This document shows positions 45,620-55,262 of a stretch of 56,370 bases of DNA, piece after piece. Source of the DNA: Candidatus Omnitrophota bacterium. Lineage in GTDB: Bacteria > Omnitrophota > Gorgyraeia > 2-01-FULL-45-10. The notes beneath the pieces are model-generated. The model was given only the letters and a program-made list of their open reading frames with translations, did not search any database and was not told the origin of the DNA. Location: positions 1-56,370 of the forward strand of contig JAQUSB010000009.1 of assembly GCA_028715345.1 (NCBI GenBank), written 5' to 3'. The translations under genes were made by a program, and so were the position numbers. Each line of letters starts with the position of its first letter. Within the stretch, counting starts at the first letter, position 1.

Positions 45620-47442
45620 GTATTGACCAGTTCTTTCATTTTTGAAACGATCTTAGCATCATCCATTATGTTCGCCAGGCGGGCCAGTTCTTTGACCTCT
45701 GAATGCAATTTCGCGCTGTTGAATTTTTCCGAACGGCTCATATATATCTTCTGGTGCTTGGTGACCTTATCCTTTTCCTTATCGAGCAGAAGTTCCTCTG
45801 AAAGTTTCTCCCCCGGGCGGAGGCCTATGAATTTAACGTCGATATCCTTGTATATGACAAGGCCCGAAAGGGCCACCAGGTTCTTAGCTATCTCCAGCAT
45901 CTTTATCTGCTCGCCCATATCGAGGATGAACAGCTCCCCGCCTTTTCCTATGGCGCCGGCCTGCAGGACCAATAGCGCCGCCTCGCTCACGCTCATAAAA
46001 TACCTCTCGGCCTCGCGGTGCGTTATGGTAAGCGGGCCGCCTTCCTCTATCTGCTTCTTGAAAAGCGGGATGGCGCTCCCGGCGGAACCGATCACGTTCC
46101 CGAACCGCACCGCCATGAACTTCGTCTTGCTCGTCGCCGACTTCGCCTGCAGTATCATCTCGGCTATGCGCTTGGACATGCCCATGACATTTATCGGGTT
46201 CACCGCTTTATCGGTAGATATCAGGACGAACCTTTCCGCCCCGTAGTGATTTGCCGCGTAAATAAGGTTGCGGCTTCCTATGACATTGTTCTTTACGGCT
46301 GCCGACGGGTTCTCCTCCATGAGCGGCACGTGTTTATGGGCGGCGGCGTGGAAAACTATCTGGGGCCTGTAACGCGAGAAGGTCTGTTTGAGAAGCCCCA
46401 CGTCGCCTATATCCCCTATGACCGTCTTTACGTTTATCTTGGGATATTTTGTCTTGAACTCTATTACCAGAAAATAGACGTCGTTCTCGTTATGGTCAAA
46501 GAGCACTATCTCTTTCGGCTTGAAATGGACTATCTGGCGGCATATCTCCGAACCGATCGACCCGCCCGCCCCGGTGACCAGCACTTTTTTATCCTTGATA
46601 TAATGGCTTATTTCGCTTTTATCTATGACTACGGTCTCGCGGCCGAGAAGGTCTTCAGGCTTCACATCCCTAGGCTTTACCTGCAGTTCGCCGTTCAGGA
46701 TCTTCTGTATCCCCGGGATTATTTTGACTTTTACGTTCGGCATCTCACAGTAAGAGAGGATGTCCCTTACCACTTCGCCTTTTGCCGAAGGTATGGCAAG
46801 GACTATCTCCTCCACGCCGTACCTATCTATGATATCCCCTATCTTTATCCTCCCGCCCAGTATCTTCACGCCCCTAATGGTGGCGTTATGCTTCACGGGA
46901 TCATCGTCTATGAAACCCACCACCTCTCCCGCGCCCGGGTTATTGCGGTATTCTTTGAGGGCCAATATGCCGGCTTCCCCCGCCCCGACGATCACCACTT
47001 TTTTCTGTTTCTTGGAACCGGCCGGTTTGTACCTTTCGCGGAAGAGCCGCGTAAAGAACCGCACGCCGGATATCATGGAGGTGCACATGACAAAATCGAC
47101 TATAAATACGGAGCGCGGGAATCCCTGCAGGCCGTGCATGAGCACTTCCCCGGCAAAAAATACGGCCGTGGCGGCGCAGTTCGCTTTTATTATCTGCCAC
47201 AGGTCGTCCATACCCACGTACCGCCAGAGGCCTTCGAATATCCCGAAATAATAAAATACCGCCAGCTTGGCTATTATCAGGACAGGCAGTGTTTTGAAAA
47301 ATATCGTTATATATTCTTTCGGTATGTTCAGGTCAAAACGGAGAGCAAATGCAAAGAAATAAGCCGCCGCGATCAGGCAGAAGTGGAACAGGATTATTAT
47401 CGGCCTGCGGTATTTTAAGATCATCTCTTTTGCGATACTCAT
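45616..47442 (-). CDS. Membrane-anchored nucleotide-sugar 4,6-dehydratase (CapD/PglF/WbpM family)
   Basis: N-terminal TM bundle, then VLVTGAGGSIGSE and the MGMSKRIAE (YxxxK-equivalent) region. The start is set at the ATG at 47442. Confidence 0.85.
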   Translation of the reverse strand: MSIAKEMILKYRRPIIILFHFCLIAAAYFFAFALRFDLNIPKEYITIFFKTLPVLIIAKLAVFYYFGIFEGLWRYVGMDDLWQIIKANCAATAVFFAGEVLMHGLQGFPRSVFIVDFVMCTSMISGVRFFTRLFRERYKPAGSKKQKKVVIVGAGEAGILALKEYRNNPGAGEVVGFIDDDPVKHNATIRGVKILGGRIKIGDIIDRYGVEEIVLAIPSAKGEVVRDILSYCEMPNVKVKIIPGIQKILNGELQVKPRDVKPEDLLGRETVVIDKSEISHYIKDKKVLVTGAGGSIGSEICRQIVHFKPKEIVLFDHNENDVYFLVIEFKTKYPKINVKTVIGDIGDVGLLKQTFSRYRPQIVFHAAAHKHVPLMEENPSAAVKNNVIGSRNLIYAANHYGAERFVLISTDKAVNPINVMGMSKRIAEMILQAKSATSKTKFMAVRFGNVIGSAGSAIPLFKKQIEEGGPLTITHREAERYFMSVSEAALLVLQAGAIGKGGELFILDMGEQIKMLEIAKNLVALSGLVIYKDIDVKFIGLRPGEKLSEELLLDKEKDKVTKHQKIYMSRSEKFNSAKLHSEVKELARLANIMDDAKIVSKMKELVNT

Positions 47443-47444
47443 GA

Positions 47445-48428
47445 TCACACTCTCAATTTCCGGCGGACCAGTATATTCATGACGACAAAGGCGATAAAAT
47501 AAAAAGAGAGCGCCCCCGCCACAGCCCACACTCCAAGCGGCCTCATAAATAAGACGCTTACGCCTATAAAAAGCTGCGCCGCCGCGTAAGAACAGGATAT
47601 CTTCCAGTGCGGCACCCCTGCCTCATTAGCAAGGATCTGGTAGAAATGCCTCCTATGGGGAATGAATAAACTCTGCCCGTCTTTAATGCGTATATACATA
47701 GTTATAACTTCGTCGGCGTAAAAAGTGAATAAGAAAGATGCCATGCATATGAAGTCCGGGATACTTTTAGACAGCAATATCGTCATACCGGCGAAGGCAA
47801 ATCCCAGAAACAGGGCCCCGACGTCTCCGAGGAATATTTTAGCTTTCGGCATATTAAAATACAGGAACCCCGCGGAAGAAAATGTTATGCAGACAGCCAG
47901 CGCCACAAGGGGCGAATCTCTGTACCCGTTATACGCCGCAAAGACCGCCAAAAGTCCGAATGCCGTTATCGCCGTGATCGCGGCAATGCCGTTTATCCCG
48001 TCCATGAAATTGTATATATTTGCGCTGCCGGTTAAGAAGATCATCGAAAGAATAAAAAATACTACGACAGCAGCGCTTCCCGGTAACTGTATGGCATTGA
48101 CAGCCAATAAAGACATGGCCGACGATAACGCCAGGTGCAGCACTAGCCTTATTCCCGAGGATATGTCGGACATATCCGATAATAAACCCACCCATGCGGC
48201 AGCGGCGCATATCGCAAGAAAAGCGTATGCTTTCGTACAAACGATCCCTACTGTTAAAAAAGACAGGACTATCCCGATACCGCCTCCTCGCGGAGTAGGC
48301 ACAGAGTGCGAACTGCGATGGTTAGGCACGTCCAATAAATTGATGCCTGAACCCGATCGACTGATCAGCGCGACTATTGCAGCGGTAAAAAATAGGCTGA
48401 AAATGGCTACAAAAGGCAATATACACAT
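47445..48428 (-). CDS. Polyprenyl-phosphate N-acetylhexosamine-1-phosphate transferase (MraY/WecA/WbpL family)
   Basis: Polytopic membrane protein with the NIYNFMDGINGIA motif. Confidence 0.8.
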   Translation of the reverse strand: MCILPFVAIFSLFFTAAIVALISRSGSGINLLDVPNHRSSHSVPTPRGGGIGIVLSFLTVGIVCTKAYAFLAICAAAAWVGLLSDMSDISSGIRLVLHLALSSAMSLLAVNAIQLPGSAAVVVFFILSMIFLTGSANIYNFMDGINGIAAITAITAFGLLAVFAAYNGYRDSPLVALAVCITFSSAGFLYFNMPKAKIFLGDVGALFLGFAFAGMTILLSKSIPDFICMASFLFTFYADEVITMYIRIKDGQSLFIPHRRHFYQILANEAGVPHWKISCSYAAAQLFIGVSVLFMRPLGVWAVAGALSFYFIAFVVMNILVRRKLRV

Positions 48429-48498
48429 TAGGTTGTATATTATATTATATTTTGGCAGGATTTGATAATAAAATATTATGTTTTATCTTAATACTATC
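48429..48498 (-). promoter_or_regulatory. AT-rich promoter region for the WecA-like/CapD operon
   Basis: The minus strand contains TTATCA, about 18 nt of spacer, then TATAAT (tandem overlapping copies), only about 10 nt from the ATG at 48428. Confidence 0.35.
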
Positions 48499-49608
48499 TT
48501 AAAGGCTCAATTCACGTAAATACGCGCTTATTACCTGCTTTTCGCTGAATTCATTCACTATTTTTCCTCTGCCGGACCGGCCCATGGCGGCTCTTTCCCC
48601 TGCGGGTAGCTCGATCAGCCTTTGCATTGCTGCTGCCAGTCTTTCCGCGTCTTTTACAGGCACCGCAAATCCGGTCACTCCATCCTCTACGACTTCCCTG
48701 CAGCCTGCGGCATCGGTAGTGATTATGGGCTTCTCCATGGCGGACGCTTCCAGCAATGATTTCGGCGTGCCCTCCCTATAGGAAGGTAAGACAACGCAGT
48801 CGGCCTCGCATATAAAAGGCCTGACATCCGAAACCTCTCCCCCATATTCCGCTATGCCTGTCCTATGCCAGTCGTCTATTTCGGCCGCGCCGACAGCGGC
48901 GGGGTTTCCTTTATCTATCATTCCTATGATATTGAAACGGGCGGACGGATATTTCTTCTTAACTATAACCGCCGCGTCGATAAATTCCGTTATCCCCTTA
49001 TCCCGCAGGATCCTTCCGATAAAACTGAAAAGGAAAACGCCCGGCTCTTTCTTCCTGTTTTTACAGTAACCGGACGAGAAAAATTCCACGTCCACGCCCG
49101 AACCTTTTACAAGCGCCGCCTTATCCTCCCTGACGATCTTTTTGCTCAAAAATATCCCCATATCATCTTTGTTCTGAAAAAATGTCTTCTCGGAAAAAGC
49201 GCAGGCAAGCGTATATAAAAATTTCACGAGGTGAAAATATATATTCTCCTGTATAAAAATATATCCGAGCCCCGAGACGGTATTCACGCATTTTACGCCG
49301 GCCAGTTTCGCGGCTATGGAACCGTACGTGTTCGGCTTTATCGAATTATGGAACACAAGGCCCGGCTTTTCGCGCCTGTATATTTTGTAAAGCTTTATGA
49401 TGAGGCCCAGGTCTTTAAAAAAATTGGTCCCTTTCCTGTCCACATTTATAGGTACGAACCTGAAACCCCGCGCCTCTAATTTTGCCGTATACTCGTCGGG
49501 CGTCGCGCAAAAGATGACTTCGTGGCCGCGGCTGCGCAATTCCTCCATCAAGCCTTTACGGAAATTGAATATGCTCCACGATATATTCGAAGTGAATATT
49601 ATTTTCAT
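48499..49608 (-). CDS. GT-B glycosyltransferase (glycosyl transferases group 1 / CAZy GT4)
   Basis: C-terminal EGTPKSLLEASAMEKPIITTD (E-x7-E) motif. Confidence 0.8.
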   Translation of the reverse strand: MKIIFTSNISWSIFNFRKGLMEELRSRGHEVIFCATPDEYTAKLEARGFRFVPINVDRKGTNFFKDLGLIIKLYKIYRREKPGLVFHNSIKPNTYGSIAAKLAGVKCVNTVSGLGYIFIQENIYFHLVKFLYTLACAFSEKTFFQNKDDMGIFLSKKIVREDKAALVKGSGVDVEFFSSGYCKNRKKEPGVFLFSFIGRILRDKGITEFIDAAVIVKKKYPSARFNIIGMIDKGNPAAVGAAEIDDWHRTGIAEYGGEVSDVRPFICEADCVVLPSYREGTPKSLLEASAMEKPIITTDAAGCREVVEDGVTGFAVPVKDAERLAAAMQRLIELPAGERAAMGRSGRGKIVNEFSEKQVISAYLRELSL

Positions 49609-51572
49609 GCGTTATTTTTCCACCTGTCGTACCATGCCTGGAACATCAGCACATCCCAGAGAAGATACTGCCAGTTCCTTTTGCCGGAAAGATGCTCTTC
49701 CCATTTCTGCCTGACCGGACGATGGTCAAAAAAACCTTCTCTTTTTATCCTCGACTCGTCGAGAAGCGCCCCCGCCCATTCTTTCAAAGGCCCTCTCAGC
49801 CATGCGTCGAGCGGCAGCGCGAACCCCATCTTCGGCCGGTCGACAAGCTCTCTCGGGACGTATTTATACAACAACTCTCTTAAAATGCATTTCCCTTTTC
49901 CGCCCCTGGCCTTCATCGCAAGCGGCAGCTGCCAGGCGAATTCCACGACCCTGTGATCCAGGAACGGCGCCCTCGATTCAAGGCTCGCGGCCATACTCGC
50001 CCTGTCGACCTTCACAAGTATATCGTCCGGCAGGTACGAGATGGAATCCTTCAGCATCATCTCTTCGGTAAAACCGAGCCCCCGGACCGGAGCGCCCGCG
50101 CCGGTGATAATTGTCGCCGGCTCGGAGGAACCCGGGACGACCGACTGCGGATCCGGCCAGTGCGAAACCAGCCTTTCATACATGCCGTACCGGCTGGGCG
50201 CCGCCATCATATCGGCCAATTTGTGAATCTTGTCCCCGGGCGTCCGCTGGCGCATCTTACCCGGCAATTTATTCCCCAGCTTATCGAACAATTTTTCCCA
50301 CCCTGCCGGCGGTACAGATGTCAATACCCCCGCCAGGGCCTTCCTTGAGCCATGATTCATCCATCCTACCTTGCGCCATATGCTCTTGACCCATACATAC
50401 CTGTTGTAACCGGCAAATACCTCGTCCCCTCCGTCGCCGGAAAGGCTTACCGTCACTTTCGTTCTCGTCAGTTTCGAGACGAGAAAAGTGGGTATCTGGG
50501 AAGAGTCGGCGAACGGCTCATCGTAAATATCCGAAAGGCCCGGTATGACCGCCATCGCCTCGGACGGGCTGACGTAAAACTCGGTATGCTCCGCCCCAAG
50601 GCGGCGCGCGACAAGGGCCGCGGACTCGGCCTCGTTATACCCGGGCTCTTTAAACCCTATAGTGAAAGTTTTTACAGGCTGCGGACTCTGGCGCTGCATA
50701 AGCGCGGTCACTAAAGAAGAATCGATGCCGCCGGAAAGAAATACACCCAGCGGGACATCGGATTCCATGCGCAGTTTTACCGAATCGCCCAGCAAGTTGT
50801 CCAGGCGGCCGGACGCTTCTTCCGCCGACCCCTTGAACGTATCCGCGCGCCCGCGTTCTACGGCATCACGGACGGACCAGTAATATTTCACGTCGGCTTT
50901 TTTATCTTTCATGAACGCAGCGTCGATCTTCAGGATCGAAGCAGGAGGAAGTTTGCGGATATTTTTGTAGATCGAGTAAGGGGCCGGTATGCAGTTGTAG
51001 CGCATGTAGAGCGCGAGCGAATCCCTGTCGATATTATTTTCGAATTTCGGGTGAGCGCGGATAGCTTTTAGCTCGGACGCGAATAAAAAAATATCGCCGG
51101 CCCAGCCGTAATAGAGCGGTTTCTCCCCCATCCTGTCGCGCGCAAGGCTTAATGCCCGTTCCTGCCTGTCCCAGACGGCAAAAGCGAACATCCCGTTAAA
51201 TTTGCGCACAGCCTCTTCGAGGCCGTAACGGCTTATTGCAGCCAGCATGACTTCCGTATCGGAATGGCTGCGAAATTTATGTCCTGAGCGTTCCAGCTCC
51301 CCGCGCAAGAGCTTAAAATTATATATCTCGCCGTTAAAAACGATGACGTAGCGGCCGCAGGCGGAGGCCATGGGCTGATGCCCCTCGACGGAAAGATCGA
51401 TGATCGAAAGCCGCCTGTGCCCGAGCGCGACGCCCGCGGAAACGTCGACCCACGCCCCTTTATCATCGGGGCCCCTGTGGCTCATCGTCCCGGCCATCCG
51501 CGAAACTACGGCCTCGAGCTCATCCGCTTTTTGGCCGGCCGACCTGTCTATGAATCCGGTTATGCCGCACAT
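49605..51572 (-). CDS. asnB: Asparagine synthase (glutamine-hydrolysing)-family amidotransferase (WbpS-like)
   Basis: MCGITGF N-terminal nucleophile and the SGGIDSS PP-loop. 655 aa. Confidence 0.85.
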   Translation of the reverse strand: MCGITGFIDRSAGQKADELEAVVSRMAGTMSHRGPDDKGAWVDVSAGVALGHRRLSIIDLSVEGHQPMASACGRYVIVFNGEIYNFKLLRGELERSGHKFRSHSDTEVMLAAISRYGLEEAVRKFNGMFAFAVWDRQERALSLARDRMGEKPLYYGWAGDIFLFASELKAIRAHPKFENNIDRDSLALYMRYNCIPAPYSIYKNIRKLPPASILKIDAAFMKDKKADVKYYWSVRDAVERGRADTFKGSAEEASGRLDNLLGDSVKLRMESDVPLGVFLSGGIDSSLVTALMQRQSPQPVKTFTIGFKEPGYNEAESAALVARRLGAEHTEFYVSPSEAMAVIPGLSDIYDEPFADSSQIPTFLVSKLTRTKVTVSLSGDGGDEVFAGYNRYVWVKSIWRKVGWMNHGSRKALAGVLTSVPPAGWEKLFDKLGNKLPGKMRQRTPGDKIHKLADMMAAPSRYGMYERLVSHWPDPQSVVPGSSEPATIITGAGAPVRGLGFTEEMMLKDSISYLPDDILVKVDRASMAASLESRAPFLDHRVVEFAWQLPLAMKARGGKGKCILRELLYKYVPRELVDRPKMGFALPLDAWLRGPLKEWAGALLDESRIKREGFFDHRPVRQKWEEHLSGKRNWQYLLWDVLMFQAWYDRWKNNA

Positions 51573-51597
51573 GTGGCCTTTCCGATGTATCGTTAAC

Positions 51598-52536
51598 TTA
51601 TCTTATCCAACCGAGCCTGCCTTCGGCCTTATAACGATGGACCGATCTCCATATAACGGGCGGGAAATAAGTAAGGATATATAAAATAAAGAACTTTATG
51701 CCGGTAAATCTATGAGGCTTCAATTTTGACCTGGCCGATACCGGGTCGCCTTTATCCATCCCGGCGCGGGCGTACCAATAACCTATCTTCGCCTCATAGT
51801 ACCTGGTTTCCGACGGGTATTTATCCGCGAAAGAGGCGTCCGTCTGCTTCAATTTACCCAGGATATATTCCAATTCGACAGGATATTTATCCAGCGACTT
51901 AAGGCTGAGCATTCCACCGTGCATCCTGTAAACCGAGAGCGGCTCGTCGATGTATAACGCCTTCGACTTAAAAAGTATCCGCATGAAGAGGTCGAACTCC
52001 TCCGAAACCTCGAGCCGGTCGTCGAATCTCAAACCCGGTCCTTTGACGGCATCCGTCCTCAGCATCACCGTCTGCAGATTTACGGGGTAATCGCATAAAA
52101 AGCGGCCGAACACTTCCCCTTCCGGCTGAGCGCCCTTAAGGCCCAATACCAGCCTGCCGGAGGAGGGCATTATCATCCTGTAATAGTTAGTGTAAACAAG
52201 GTCGATGTCGCGCCTCGCCTCAAGCGCGGCGACCTCTTTTTTAAGCTTTTCTGGTAGCCATTTGTCGTCGGAATCGAGAAACGCGAGATACTGCCCGCCC
52301 GCCTCGGCCATTGCCGAATTCCTGGCCGCGCCGAGCGCTGCCGCCCGGTCACTTTTAAAGTAACGCAGCCTTTTATCGAAGCTTTTCGCGATGGCGGCGC
52401 TGCCGTCCGTCGAGGCATTGTCCCAGAAAATTATTTCCCAATTCCCATAGGTCTGCGCGTAAACGCTGTCTATGGCTTCCCGGAGGTATTCTTCGCCGTT
52501 TTTGCAGTTCATTATGACGCTTACGAGCGGTTCCAT
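51598..52536 (-). CDS. GT2 glycosyltransferase
   Basis: VSVIMNCKNGEEYLREAIDSV, WDNASTDGS and LDSDD motifs. Confidence 0.8.
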   Translation of the reverse strand: MEPLVSVIMNCKNGEEYLREAIDSVYAQTYGNWEIIFWDNASTDGSAAIAKSFDKRLRYFKSDRAAALGAARNSAMAEAGGQYLAFLDSDDKWLPEKLKKEVAALEARRDIDLVYTNYYRMIMPSSGRLVLGLKGAQPEGEVFGRFLCDYPVNLQTVMLRTDAVKGPGLRFDDRLEVSEEFDLFMRILFKSKALYIDEPLSVYRMHGGMLSLKSLDKYPVELEYILGKLKQTDASFADKYPSETRYYEAKIGYWYARAGMDKGDPVSARSKLKPHRFTGIKFFILYILTYFPPVIWRSVHRYKAEGRLGWIR

Positions 52537-52964
52537 ATATACGGGATCGTTGTATCGGAAGGATCCAGCCTTTTTATCTCATCGGGATCGTGAGGTATGT
52601 CCGCGCAATTGGCTATAAGCGCCGGCTCGTTGGACAGCCCCTGAAAACCATACCATAATAGAGGCGGGATCTTTATAAGGCAATAGTTATCCTCGCCCGT
52701 CTCCAGCTCATATATCTTGCCTTCTGTCGCGGACCCTTTCCTGTCATCGTATATTACAAGCCTGATCTTACCCGCCGGGACCGCGAAATGCTGCGTCATC
52801 TTCACGTGCTTCTTCCACGCCTTAACGACGCCTTTATATGTGACCGAAAAATATATCTCCCCGAAACCGCCGAAAAGCGGGGAGTCGCGCCTGAGCATAT
52901 GCATGACTTTGCCGCGCTCATCCTCGATCTTCTTAAGTTTTTCTACGATGACCCCTTTTATCAT
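52521..52964 (-). CDS. RmlC-like cupin, short nucleotide-sugar 3,5-epimerase/isomerase-like
   Basis: DERG near the N-terminus, a H..K...Q-type segment (KAWKKHVKMTQHF), and VIYDDRKGSATEG, all resembling RmlC. 147 aa. Confidence 0.6.
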   Translation of the reverse strand: MIKGVIVEKLKKIEDERGKVMHMLRRDSPLFGGFGEIYFSVTYKGVVKAWKKHVKMTQHFAVPAGKIRLVIYDDRKGSATEGKIYELETGEDNYCLIKIPPLLWYGFQGLSNEPALIANCADIPHDPDEIKRLDPSDTTIPYIWNRS

Positions 52965-52967
52965 ATT

Positions 52968-54104
52968 TTAATCTTTCGCCCAGGCAAGGCCCTGCCTCTT
53001 TGCTTCTTTAATATAACGCTCTATCTGGGTTATCGTGAAATACAGCATATCGTTATTTTTATTTTTATAATATTCTTCATACCATTCGGCCGTCATCTTT
53101 ATGGTATCGCCGAACGGCAGGACGGCATACCAGTTAAGGAACTTGAGCGCCTTATCGCACGACACTTTTAAAAATTGGCTTTCTTTGGACGTGTTAGCGC
53201 CGCGGCTGTCGCGGCATTTCCATTTGCTGTCACTGAAATGTTTCGAGAACATCTTTATAAGTTCGCTTACCGATTCGCTCACCTTATAGTCGGGTCCGAA
53301 ATTGAAAGACTCCCCGTTCAGTTTGGGGTGCTTGGAAAGATAAGACCCAAGCCAGAGGTATCCGCTCAAAGGCTCCAGGACATGCTGCCACGGCCGCGTG
53401 GCCTTGGGGTTCCTTATATATACCATCTCCTTTTTGCTCCAGGCCCTGACGGAATCGGGGACGATCCTGTCCGCCGCCCAATCCCCTCCGCCTATGACAT
53501 TTCCCGCCCTGGCCGTAGCTATCCTGCAATGGCTTGAGGGGCCGTCAAAAAAAGACCTGTAATAAGAATGGCAGATCAATTCCGCGCACGCTTTAGAAGA
53601 ACTGTACGGGTCGTTCCCTCCGAGCTCATCCGTCTCCCTGTACCCCCAGTTCCATTCCTTGTTCTTATAGCATTTGTCGCTCGTTATTATAACGCCGACC
53701 GAATCCTTTAAAAAATGGCGCATGCACTCCAGGACATTTACCGTACCGCGGACATTCGTCTCGAAAGTCGTCTTCGGATCGCGGTAGGCCCTGCTCACTA
53801 TAGGCTGTGAAGCAAGATGGAAAACGAAGTCGGGCTTATGTTTTATGAATACCTTCTTCAATGAATCGTAATCCCTGACGTCCCCTTTTACGTGCTTCAC
53901 GTGCTTACCTATCCCGCATATAGCGAACATGCACGGCTTCGACGGAAGACGGTCGGAATACCCTATTACATTTGCCCCCAATAAAGTGAGCCAGATGGAG
54001 AGCCACGACCCTTTAAAGCCGGTATCTCCCGTGATAAGGATCGTTTTGTCCTTATACGTATTCGTAAAAGCAACTTTCATTGCGGATGTTTTCATACGCT
54101 TCAT
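52968..54104 (-). CDS. rfbG: CDP-glucose 4,6-dehydratase
   Basis: ITGDTGFKGSWLSIWLTLLGANVIGYS is characteristic of RfbG, plus the YSSSK catalytic motif. The start is uncertain (ATGs at 54104, 54095 and 54080); the track start at 54143 overlaps the upstream gene. Confidence 0.8.
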   Translation of the reverse strand: MKRMKTSAMKVAFTNTYKDKTILITGDTGFKGSWLSIWLTLLGANVIGYSDRLPSKPCMFAICGIGKHVKHVKGDVRDYDSLKKVFIKHKPDFVFHLASQPIVSRAYRDPKTTFETNVRGTVNVLECMRHFLKDSVGVIITSDKCYKNKEWNWGYRETDELGGNDPYSSSKACAELICHSYYRSFFDGPSSHCRIATARAGNVIGGGDWAADRIVPDSVRAWSKKEMVYIRNPKATRPWQHVLEPLSGYLWLGSYLSKHPKLNGESFNFGPDYKVSESVSELIKMFSKHFSDSKWKCRDSRGANTSKESQFLKVSCDKALKFLNWYAVLPFGDTIKMTAEWYEEYYKNKNNDMLYFTITQIERYIKEAKRQGLAWAKD

Positions 54105-54121
54105 TTGTTGTTCGCCCCCGG

Positions 54122-55237
54122 TTATAATAGTTCTTTGAGCCATTTGGCTATCGTCCGTATATCTTCTTCTTTCATCGAATGGATGTTCGGTAATAATACC
54201 CCTCTCCGGCTCACATCTTCGGATACCGGGCAGGTGCTCTTATATTTTTTATAAAAAGGCTGCATGTGGCACGGGTTAAAGAAAGACCTTAATCGCATAC
54301 CGCGCTTCCTGAACTCTATCACCGCCCTCACCTTAGCCTCGTCGGAGGCCAGGAGCACCGGGAATCCCCAGAAAGTATGCCTTACATCTTTATCGAAGCC
54401 GGGAAGCGTCAGGTTGGTCCCTTTGAACAGTTCCCCGTAAAGGCGCGCGTAGCCGATCCTTCTGGTAATGAACGTCTCCACTTTTTTAAGCTGCGCAAGC
54501 CCGACGGCAGCCTGGAGGTCCGTCATCCTGTAGTTGTAGCCTATCTCGGAGCTTATGAACTGCTTCTGCGCGAAATCTTCGTCGCTCAAGTTCTCCGATT
54601 TCTCTTTGCCGTGGCTGCGCAAAAGGCCTATCTTTTCGATGAGGCGCCGGTCGTTCGTAAGGCACATGCCTCCCTCGCCCGTCATCATATGCTTATTCTT
54701 ATAGAAAGAGAAGAAGCAGACGTCGGAAAAGACGCCCACCTGCTTATTTTTATACGTTGTGCCGTGGGCCTCCGCGCAATCCTCCACTATCTTAAGGCCG
54801 TGTTTTTTGGCCGCGGCGGTTATAGCGTCCATACGGCAGGCATTACCGTAAAGATGGACCGGGATCACCGCTTTGCTCTTCGGGGTTATCTTCTTTTCGA
54901 GGTCGTGTGCATCCATGCACCACGTAACGGGGTCGCAATCGACGAAGACCGGCGTGGCGCCGCAATACGAGATAGGGCTCACTGAGGCGACGAATGTAAG
55001 CGACGGTACGAGGACCTCGTCGCCCGGCTTTATCCCGACGGCAAGAAGCGCCAGGTGCAGGGCCGATGTCCCGTTCATGGCCGCGCATGAATATTTTATG
55101 CCGCAATATTTCGCGAATTCTTCTTCGAACTTGTGGACGAGCTTTCCCTGCGCGATCGACCCGTCGTTGACGCATTCTATCAGGGCGTCTATCTCTTCCT
55201 TACCGACCAGCGGCTTATCTATATCGAACATGCACAT
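54122..55237 (-). CDS. DegT/DnrJ/EryC1/StrS-family PLP-dependent sugar aminotransferase
   Basis: FSFYKNKHMMTGEGGM, with the PLP lysine present. Family-typical N-terminus (GKEEIDALIECV). Confidence 0.8.
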   Translation of the reverse strand: MCMFDIDKPLVGKEEIDALIECVNDGSIAQGKLVHKFEEEFAKYCGIKYSCAAMNGTSALHLALLAVGIKPGDEVLVPSLTFVASVSPISYCGATPVFVDCDPVTWCMDAHDLEKKITPKSKAVIPVHLYGNACRMDAITAAAKKHGLKIVEDCAEAHGTTYKNKQVGVFSDVCFFSFYKNKHMMTGEGGMCLTNDRRLIEKIGLLRSHGKEKSENLSDEDFAQKQFISSEIGYNYRMTDLQAAVGLAQLKKVETFITRRIGYARLYGELFKGTNLTLPGFDKDVRHTFWGFPVLLASDEAKVRAVIEFRKRGMRLRSFFNPCHMQPFYKKYKSTCPVSEDVSRRGVLLPNIHSMKEEDIRTIAKWLKELL

Positions 55238-55262
55238 CTCCTCATTTACTTAAAACATTTAT

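Noticed and set aside
46018-47418. 466-aa plus-strand ORF, the longest plus-strand ORF in the track
   Set aside because: It is entirely antisense to the well-supported CapD/PglF dehydratase gene. Its composition is skewed to Arg/Tyr/His/Leu with no motifs, which is typical of a stop-poor antisense frame.
47725-48465. 246-aa plus-strand ORF
   Set aside because: It is antisense to the WecA/MraY-family gene, which carries the diagnostic NxxNxxDGxxG motif.
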